NCBI GenBank assembly: GCA_046075485.1
Contig: JBJTQF010000153.1
Span: 1,722-65,721, forward strand
Length of the DNA: 64,000 nt
From: Myxococcota bacterium
Lineage (GTDB): Bacteria > Myxococcota_A > UBA796 > JAJRTE01 > JBJTQF01
Reading direction: 5' to 3'
Shown: positions 20,401 through 26,643 of the stretch, in pieces
Position numbering within the stretch: the stretch's first letter is position 1
Layout: every line of letters begins with the position of its first letter
Translations under genes and position numbers: made by a program
The notes under the pieces: generated by a model
What the model saw: only the letters and a program-made list of their open reading frames with translations
Told to the model about the DNA's origin: nothing
Databases searched by the model: none

Positions 20401-21150
20401 GCCAGCACGCAGCAGGCCCTGGAGCTTCAGCGGAAGCTCGGCGACCGTCAAGGCACCCTCAACAGCTTGATCAACCTCAGCATTCAGTACCTGGAGATCG
20501 GCGCGCACCGGCAGGCCCAGACCATCTTGATCGAGGCGTTGGAGCTCGCCAGCAGCTTAGGCCACCGCATGCGGCTGGGACGTTGTCATCACGTCTTGGG
20601 GGTCATCGACACCAGCTTGGGGAGTCTCACCTCGGCCCGCGAGCACCTCGAGCATGCGCATCGCGTGATGTCGGACATGGAAAACAAGGAGCTGCTCTCG
20701 GACGTGCTCTGTGCGGTGAGTGAGCTGGAAGTGAAGGAGCAGCGGTTTGATGCCGCCATTGAACACTGTGGGGAGGCCCTCGAGCTGGTGAAAGGTTCTC
20801 AGCGCCTGACCGCACAGCTTCAGGCTCACTTGGCGGAGGCACGCGCGAACCTCTCCAAAGGCACCGGGGACTTTAAGACCCTGCTGGCCGAGCTCGAAGG
20901 CTTTGAAGATCAGTCGCAGGCTCCTCTCAACCCGGATCAGCTCTGGCAGCTCTGGGAGGTGCGCGGTCGGCTGTGTTTGGCACTCGGTCGCCCCCAGGTG
21001 GCCTGCAAGTATCTCTCTCGGAGCATGGAGATCATGCGCTTGTGTTATGAGCAGATCCCCGAGCAGCTCCAGGCGCTCTATATCAACGACCCACGGCGAA
21101 AGCAGGTCCGAAAGATGCTGGAGCAGGCTCTAAAGTTGGCTCAGCGTTGA
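17407..21150 (+). CDS. Ser/Thr protein kinase fused to a STAND/AAA ATPase and TPR-like repeats (1247 aa)
   Basis: Kinase motifs GSGGMGRVY, HRDVKPDNVL, DFG and APE. Walker A LTGPPGIGKTRLV. Long C-terminal helical repeat region with TPR-like periodicity. Confidence 0.9.
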   Translation: MTLVVNDRYALLRQLGSGGMGRVYLAQDLRQADMLVALKTLSPETATEAYAASLADEFRLLADLSHPYVVRAYDYSSVRYVVGEPAEHEPTEAPPLGAPLLTREFIAGTPLPSLIGTLDLDAQLRVMLELTATLHYLHRQGVLHRDVKPDNVLVVAAGTLHRQLQARLVDFGLACFKEQSTTPVGNARYLAPEVLLGGTFDEAAELYALGVVFYELLTGHTPYTGESAADLARAHAQLPIPPLPENLPPRLAQWVMRLLEREPSRRPSSQELLTGLQSLLQRDGASSPAPWSTTGAARMVGRQEDVAFFNRCLEELGQPLPDRRPIRSLVLTGPPGIGKTRLVNRLKQLAQLRGFRVGMAQCHHGGETFLAARRLLSGLIQERPDLISSDREIFRTVLAGKTQTYAERPSPELTPAQVMLRVLDGARGFLEALSAEQRMVLILEDVHFIDPESLALMRHLLLHLSARQVLLIFTSWPPSPAHSEIDRLTQELPEEVGVPVSRELEGLDLEAVQHLLLRTFGEDPLNLELAEQLRRQTEGNPLFIEEVLKLAPNPTALSQRMRESHLPGAVGDAFRQQLKVLGDDALDTLKGIAVWGTPATPADIMEITRQARSECLEGLEEALACQLLREQGNGYWFWHSTMVQLVEEHMSPEEMREFHRRAGRRREAAGGLGDPEQLSRLVLHFTRARDPSRALGYALTGARTAADRFLSRQAIELYERARELSLELIGIHLGGMGGLVEVRQRLASLYASTGDLNRAESEARSLLDDPWLHSDKSARSRLRVLLGEVTMRRGDLAGALQHFSTALEETTDAQLCAGILDNMAELHIRRSEVDDALYACHQAIQRLGNAEASSQRGSIAFHRGRCAELRGNHREALQHYNEARQHYQKLAHPPPGMAAALNAIATILNYFEQYQDARHVLLDALDLQERQGALEGAAATLDRLALNSLGLADNQAAITYGKRSVATWKRLGNPQGEAIAAASLGIIFLTRGLYRDSLASTQQALELQRKLGDRQGTLNSLINLSIQYLEIGAHRQAQTILIEALELASSLGHRMRLGRCHHVLGVIDTSLGSLTSAREHLEHAHRVMSDMENKELLSDVLCAVSELEVKEQRFDAAIEHCGEALELVKGSQRLTAQLQAHLAEARANLSKGTGDFKTLLAELEGFEDQSQAPLNPDQLWQLWEVRGRLCLALGRPQVACKYLSRSMEIMRLCYEQIPEQLQALYINDPRRKQVRKMLEQALKLAQR

Positions 21151-21218
21151 CTCCGCGTTGACCCCAAGTCCTCCGCGTGGAGGCGTTGCCCATAGATTCA
21201 CCATGAGGAGATAAGCCC

Positions 21219-23078
21219 ATGCCACAGCTTAAAGATCCGTTCCTGCCACCGATCCCCGATGAAGAAGGGATCCCCAGCTCCGAAGGCGATGGTTTTTTCG
21301 ACATCGGCAAGATGGTCGAGCGCTTTGAACAAGAGCAGACCGAGCGCATGAAGGCCCTGCTCGACATCACCCGGCAGATGAACGCCACCCTCGACGAAGA
21401 AACACTCCTGCCCTACATGATGGACCGCGTGGTGGAGCTGATGCGCGCCGATCATGGCCACCTCGTGCTGCTCAAACAGAGCTCCGAGATGAACCCGGAA
21501 GATCATCTCGTCACCTGGGATGTGAAGGTCTCGGTGTCCCGCTCCGGTGCTACCGGTGAAGGCAACCCGCCCAGTCAGACCCTCATCCGCCGTATCATCG
21601 AGACCCGCTCCCCCATGCGACTGGACGACGCCCTCTCCGACGCCTCCATCAAAGACAGCAAGAGCGCCCATGAGCTCGGGTTGCGCTCCGTGATGGCCGT
21701 GCCCCTGATCACCCGAAATCGGCTCATCGGTGTGCTCAGCGTGGAAAATCGTGGCAAGTTTGCTCAGTTTAATGAGGAGCAGCTCGATTTTTTGCAGATC
21801 TTTGGCCATCAAGCCGCCGTTGCCATCGAAAATGCCCGCCTCTACCGCAGCTTTCGAGATGCACAAGCTCAGCTCTCTCGCTCTCAACGCAGCCTGCGGG
21901 AAGAGGTGGAGGAGTCCCATCAAGCCCTTCGCTCCGAACGCCAGCGCCTGGAGACCCTCGAGAGTGAGGTGCGGCATCTGGACAAAATGGCCGCTTTGGG
22001 CATGATGGTCTCGGGCATCGCCCATGAGCTGAACAATCCGCTGACCGGCGCTTTGGGTTTTGCGCAGCTTTTGGCGATGGGCACCAATTTAACCGACCGA
22101 CAGCGGCAGATGCTCAACAACATCACCTCTGAGATGACACGGTGTGCGGAGATCACCCGCAACCTGCTGCGCTTCTCGAGGAAGTCGAAGTTTCAGCGCT
22201 CCTCGACCGATCTCAACAAGCTGATCAGCGAGGCGGTGGATCTGCGACGCTATCACTTCCAGGTCAACAATGTGCGGCTCTCGGAGGAGTATGACCATAA
22301 TATCACGCCGGGGATGATGGATCATTTTCAGCTTAAAGGGGTGATCCTCAACATCTTCAACAACGCTTTTGATGCGATCCAGGAGCACCGAGGCAGTGGT
22401 CATATCCGCGTTTTGACCCGACTCCAGGATGAGCGGCTGGCGTGTATTGAGATTCTGGACGACGGCGGGGGCATCAAGGAGCCTGAGAAGATCTTCGACC
22501 CCTTTTATACCACCAAAGAGGTGGGCAAAGGCACCGGCTTGGGCATGAGTGTTGCTTATGGAGTGGTGCGTTCGCATGGTGGAACGATCTCGGCCAGCAA
22601 TACGGAGGTGGGAGCGCGAATCACCATCACCTTACCGCTCGAGAGTCCAGAGCCGGAGCTGTTGACAAAACCGGTGGTGGAGCAGCCGACGGCGCAGCAG
22701 CTCAAGGGTGCCCGGATTCTGGTGGTGGACGACGAGGCGGTGATTCGGGAGCTCTGTCAGGCCCTGCTGGAAGGGGAAGGGTTTACGGTGGAGCTGGCCC
22801 CCGATGGCGTCTCCGCTCAGCGTGTGCTCAAAGATCGCACCTTTGATCTGATCATCTCCGACATTCGTATGCCGGGGGAGATGAGTGGGGTGGATCTCTA
22901 TCGTTGGCTCAAGACGGAGCGTCCGGAGAGCTGCCGAAGGGTGGTGTTTATCACCGGAGATCTGCTCACACAGGATTTGCGGGAGGCGTTGGGCGAAGTG
23001 GGCCGTCGGCTCCTCACCAAACCTTTTGAAGTGACCACATTGCTGGATGTGGTAAAAACCACCCTCGCCACCCCCTGA
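21219..23078 (+). CDS. GAF-domain hybrid sensor histidine kinase with C-terminal receiver
   Basis: GAF-like N-terminus, H-box HELNNPLTGA, N-box NIFNNAFDA, G-boxes DDGGGI and GTGLGMS, then a REC domain (ILVVDDE...DLIISDIRMPG...K). Confidence 0.9.
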   Translation: MPQLKDPFLPPIPDEEGIPSSEGDGFFDIGKMVERFEQEQTERMKALLDITRQMNATLDEETLLPYMMDRVVELMRADHGHLVLLKQSSEMNPEDHLVTWDVKVSVSRSGATGEGNPPSQTLIRRIIETRSPMRLDDALSDASIKDSKSAHELGLRSVMAVPLITRNRLIGVLSVENRGKFAQFNEEQLDFLQIFGHQAAVAIENARLYRSFRDAQAQLSRSQRSLREEVEESHQALRSERQRLETLESEVRHLDKMAALGMMVSGIAHELNNPLTGALGFAQLLAMGTNLTDRQRQMLNNITSEMTRCAEITRNLLRFSRKSKFQRSSTDLNKLISEAVDLRRYHFQVNNVRLSEEYDHNITPGMMDHFQLKGVILNIFNNAFDAIQEHRGSGHIRVLTRLQDERLACIEILDDGGGIKEPEKIFDPFYTTKEVGKGTGLGMSVAYGVVRSHGGTISASNTEVGARITITLPLESPEPELLTKPVVEQPTAQQLKGARILVVDDEAVIRELCQALLEGEGFTVELAPDGVSAQRVLKDRTFDLIISDIRMPGEMSGVDLYRWLKTERPESCRRVVFITGDLLTQDLREALGEVGRRLLTKPFEVTTLLDVVKTTLATP

Positions 23079-23346
23079 AGCCTGCCACGATGGACCGCGT
23101 ACTTGCCCTGCCGCTCCTCCCTTTCCCCAGCTTTCAGCCGTGTAAGCCACCCACATAAGCGATGCAGGACAAAATGACCCAGCGGGACATCCATGCCCGG
23201 ACAATCCTGTCCCACTGGAAAATCAGCATACGACCGCAGCGGACAGGCGATCCGATACAGCGGGCTCCGCATGTCCAGAGGCTGGAGAGCCGTCTTGAGC
23301 ACAGGTGACAGGGAGGAGCCAGTGGAAACAGTCGAGCATGGGTGGC

Positions 23347-23428
23347 ATCAGCGATCTTGAGGAGGCGGTCTGAGGCGTGGAATCAGCGATTTTGAGGAGG
23401 TGGTCTGAGGCGTGCAATCAGCGGATGG
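23347..23428. repeat. 35-bp tandem repeat, about 2.3 copies, abutting the stop codon of the PADN-repeat gene
   Basis: atcagcgatcttgaggaggcggtctgaggcgtgga / atcagcgattttgaggaggtggtctgaggcgtgca / atcagcggatgg. The third, partial copy contains the gene stop codon (tca at 23418-23420). Confidence 0.85.
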
Positions 23429-24275
23429 CGAGGCAGAGCTTGCTGGCCAAGTTGGAGCCGGTGCCACATGCATTCTCACCGGCCAGGAAGGCAGCCTGCT
23501 CAGCGGCACTCCAGACCAGGGCGTAGGTTTGTTCGTTCGCCGGCAGGTTGGCGATGGCCTTGCTGACCCGGTCGAGCTGGATACGGGAGGGGACCGCACC
23601 GGAAGCGACCAGTGCCAGTACAGTCTCAGCCTTCACCGTGGAGCGTCCATCGAGCTTCTCAATGCCGGTGGAGCCATTGACCACGGAAGAGAGACCATCT
23701 TCGTTGGTCAGCACCACGAAGGAAGTCTGGCGGTTGTCGGCGGGGGTGATGATCACCTCGGAGCCGGGCGCGGTGGCGTTGTCCGCCGGGGTGATGATCA
23801 CGCCCTGGAAGGGGCAGTTGATGCGATTGTCTGCCGGGGTGATGATCACGTTGTCAGCGGGTCCGAGGATGATCTCGGGGAGCTGGCAGGCGATCCGGTT
23901 GTCGGCGGGGGTGATGATCACCTCGGAGCCGGGGGCGGTGGCGTTATCCGCCGGGGTGATGATCACCTGATGAGGCCGAGGACGGCGATTGTCCGCCGGG
24001 GTGATGATCACTTGGCGAGGGCGACCGGGGCGATTGTCGGCAGGCCCGAGGATGACGCTGGACTCGGCGTCGGCGCACAGTCCTTCAAAGATGCGGGGCA
24101 TGGCGTTGTCGGCGGGGCCGAGGATCACGCAGGAGGTGCGCTCCGATCCATCAGCATACACCGAGGTCACTTCAAGCTGCTTGTCAGCGCCTTGAGCCTG
24201 TCCGGCGAGCAGCACGCACAGTCCAAACACCGTGCTCTTCATCACCTGCTTTGCCGTTTCAAGATAGCACTTCAT
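23418..24275 (-). CDS. Secreted protein with nine (V/I)I(I/L)(T/G)PADN octapeptide repeats, unknown function
   Basis: ATG at 24275 lies 5 nt after GGAGG; alternative start at the MKS at 24242. Signal peptide STVFGLCVLLAGQAQGA. Repeats VILGPADN x2, VIITPADN x6 and IILGPADN x1, then a roughly 100-aa non-repetitive C-terminal domain. Confidence 0.7.
   Translation of the reverse strand: MKCYLETAKQVMKSTVFGLCVLLAGQAQGADKQLEVTSVYADGSERTSCVILGPADNAMPRIFEGLCADAESSVILGPADNRPGRPRQVIITPADNRRPRPHQVIITPADNATAPGSEVIITPADNRIACQLPEIILGPADNVIITPADNRINCPFQGVIITPADNATAPGSEVIITPADNRQTSFVVLTNEDGLSSVVNGSTGIEKLDGRSTVKAETVLALVASGAVPSRIQLDRVSKAIANLPANEQTYALVWSAAEQAAFLAGENACGTGSNLASKLCLAIR
23733..24128 (-). repeat. 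Intragenic repeat block encoding the PADN octapeptides
   Basis: The 24-nt core GTTGTC(G/C)GC(G/C)GGGGTGATGATCAC recurs at irregular spacings of 24-72 nt. Two 69-bp segments (23733-23801 and 23898-23966) differ at only about 2 positions. Confidence 0.9.
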
Positions 24276-24579
24276 GGTCGCCTCCAAGTGAACAAGTCTT
24301 CGCATCCGGTCCGACGTGCGTTTGCTGTTGTCTCTATATACTTACATTTTCCGTGCCAAACTCCGCCCTTACCTGAAAATCGTCCAGACTTCAGATCCAA
24401 GACGGCATCGATTCCTGTGCCAGTTTTTTGGCAAGATGCTGAATCGCTTGAAGTTTCAACTTTATAAGGCGTCAATTCTCCAGATGAACTTTAGTCATTT
24501 CTTGTAGAATCAGAAAAACTGTCTGAAGGAGGAGGGAGTGCTCCGGAGGGGCGTGGGGGGGGATCCAACGGAGAATGGT

Positions 24580-24676
24580 CATAATGTCCGTTTCCAGGGC
24601 TTCCCAAAATGTCCGAATCGCCAAAATGTCCGAATGACTGCGAGGTCAAAATGTCCGAATGCTTAAATGTACGTGA
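24580..24676 (+). promoter_or_regulatory. Array of five AATGTCCG-type sites with alternating 25/17-bp spacing
   Basis: Exact CAAAATGTCCGAAT at 24605, 24622 and 24647. Degenerate CATAATGTCCGTTT at 24580 and TAAATGTACGTGA at 24664. The array sits in the divergent spacer between the PADN-repeat gene and bioB. Confidence 0.55.
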
Positions 24677-24792
24677 GAACAGTGCAGACACAGCGCCTAC
24701 ACTCTGAGTAAAATTGGGGGGGTGTTTTGGGGGGATGGGAGGGATTTGAGGGGAGAACGGCTTCAGACTTTTTGTCTGAATCACGTATTTTG

Positions 24793-24809
24793 ATACAGTT
24801 ATACTGTAT
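24793..24809. promoter_or_regulatory. Perfect palindrome ATACAGT-TAT-ACTGTAT (candidate operator)
   Basis: 7-bp inverted arms with a 3-nt spacer in an AT-rich stretch about 300 bp upstream of bioB. An ATGTACAT palindrome lies nearby at 24817-24824. Confidence 0.4.
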
Positions 24810-25110
24810 TACTTTAATGTACATGCATCAAAAGGCAGGTTTTATCTTATTTTCGGTCATTCTGACTGAACCGGAATGTGCGCATGCCTTCTACCATTCT
24901 GGCGGCGTATGTCCCACTTCTTCACCGAGCCGGCGTGCGCTTCGTACCTCCCAAACGCTCCCGTTTCGCCGCATCATCCCCCTTGAGACGCCCCCTTTTC
25001 CAGCCCTTGTGCTGACAATAGAAGTGGCAGTTGACGCGACTATCGGCTACATTTCATTTCGACGAAGCCCCCGCTGGGTACACCTTTAATTCACTGCTAG
25101 GGAGTCTCTT

Positions 25111-26082
25111 GTGCAAGCCATTCCTTCTGACGTGCGCTCTGACTGGACACGCGAAGAGGTGGAGGCGGTTTACCGCACACCCCTGCTTGAGCTGGTGTTT
25201 CGCGCCGCCACACTCCACCGGCGCTATCATCCCGCTCACGAAGTCCAGCTCTCGACCCTGCTGAGCATCAAGACCGGTGGCTGCCCGGAAGATTGTGCGT
25301 ACTGCCCACAGAGCGCACATTATGAAACGGACCTCGAGAGTGAAACGCTACTCGAAACGCATCGGGTTGTTGAAGCCGCTCAGCAAGCGCAGGCTCAAGG
25401 GGCCACCCGCTTTTGTATGGGGGCCGCTTGGCGAACGCCCCCCTCTGAGCGCCGATTCACGGAAGTGCTTGAGATGGTTAAAGAAGTTCGCTCACTCGGT
25501 CTGGAGACCTGCGCCACGCTCGGCATGCTCAAGCCCGGTCAAGCGGAGCGTCTCAAAGATGCGGGGCTGGATTATTACAACCATAACTTGGACACGTCGC
25601 CCGAGTATTATGGCAACATTATCTCCACCCGCACCTATCAGGATCGGCTGGAAACCCTCGCGCGGGTGCGTGGAGCAGGTCTCAACGTGTGCTGCGGGGG
25701 CATCATCGGCATGGGAGAGAGCCCTGAGGATGTCTGTGGCCTGCTTCACCAGCTCTGCTCCATGACCCCTCATCCCGAGAGTGTGCCCATCAACTCCCTC
25801 GTCGCGGTCGAAGGCACTCCGCTGGGCGATCAAGCGCCCGTGGATCCACTGGATTTCGTTCGTACCGTCGCCACGGCCCGCGTGCTCATGCCCAAGTCCT
25901 TCGTGCGCCTGAGCGCAGGTCGTACCCGCTTGAGCCCAGAAGCCCATGCTCTGGCTTTCCTCTCGGGTGCCAACTCCATCTTCACGGGAGATAAGCTGCT
26001 TACCACACCCAATCCCGGCGAAGATTTTGACAGCATGCTGCTACACCGGCTCGGTCTTCGTCCCCTTCAGATTGAAGCCTGA
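25111..26082 (+). CDS. bioB: Biotin synthase
   Basis: Radical [14 protein letters not shown] motif with typical BioB length and sequence ([15 protein letters not shown]...[12 protein letters not shown]...YNHNLDTS). GTG start at 25111 preceded by GGGAG. Confidence 0.95.
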   Translation: MQAIPSDVRSDWTREEVEAVYRTPLLELVFRAATLHRRYHPAHEVQLSTLLSIKTGGCPEDCAYCPQSAHYETDLESETLLETHRVVEAAQQAQAQGATRFCMGAAWRTPPSERRFTEVLEMVKEVRSLGLETCATLGMLKPGQAERLKDAGLDYYNHNLDTSPEYYGNIISTRTYQDRLETLARVRGAGLNVCCGGIIGMGESPEDVCGLLHQLCSMTPHPESVPINSLVAVEGTPLGDQAPVDPLDFVRTVATARVLMPKSFVRLSAGRTRLSPEAHALAFLSGANSIFTGDKLLTTPNPGEDFDSMLLHRLGLRPLQIEA

Positions 26083-26643
26083 GTCTTGCCTCTGCGTGTG
26101 ACGGATCCTTCACAAATCCCCCCGTAATGAAACTTACCCATGCGTTTCAGCCCCTGCCCCCTCTCAGAAGAGGCCGATCCCGCAGCCGCCCCCCTGATTC
26201 GGACATTCTGACCTACCGAACGATATTCCAGCACAGGCATTATGATTATGCTCTCATTAACCGGAAATATTGACCTTTTTTTACCCAGATGGCAGATTAT
26301 CATTTTAGTATCATCGAAAAAATGTGTTCGGACTTTATTTCCGACTCACGCTCGTCACATGCGGACATCCTGATGCACGCTCATCAGCGGACCTCTTGAC
26401 AACCTGAACAGGCAGATGACTCCAATTCGACCGCTCATGTGGAGCCTCAGAGCGCCGCCGTGCTCCTGCCCGACCGCGGTTTGAGCCCCCCTCAGCCCAT
26501 GCCCAGCTCCGATAGGCCCTTTTCGGACACCACTCGGGGGTCTTCGCCAGGCTCCGCGTACACTTTTGAGACATATTTATGGAGAAAAGAGGGTCATTTT
26601 TGGAAAGCATGCTTGTCAGCATGGTGGAGCGGAGGGACACTCG

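Noticed and set aside
23733-24140. A CRISPR-like pattern of a 24-nt repeat (GTTGTCGGCGGGGGTGATGATCAC) with short spacers.
   Set aside because: The repeats are in frame inside a well-supported ORF and conserve the peptide (VIITPADN). The spacers are 0-48 nt, too short and too irregular. Some spacers are themselves duplicated, there is no leader, and no cas genes occur in the window.
24793-24809. A LexA SOS box.
   Set aside because: The palindrome reads ACAG-N5-CTGT. This is the opposite arm order and a different spacing from the gamma-proteobacterial CTGT-N8-ACAG box, and no SOS gene is adjacent.
24316-25089. Small ORFs in the bioB upstream spacer: 24316..24507, 24491..24784 and 24727..25089. 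Similar ones lie downstream at 26067..26303 and 26335..26640.
   Set aside because: They have no Shine-Dalgarno sequences, odd composition and mutual overlap. The region is better explained as regulatory or non-coding, although a small protein cannot be excluded without expression data.
26076-26092. A shared 11-mer TGAGTCTTGCC immediately after the stops of bioB (26080) and the SpoIID gene (32207).
   Set aside because: Hundreds of 11-mer coincidences are expected by chance among all position pairs in 64 kb. There is no extended similarity or hairpin around either copy.
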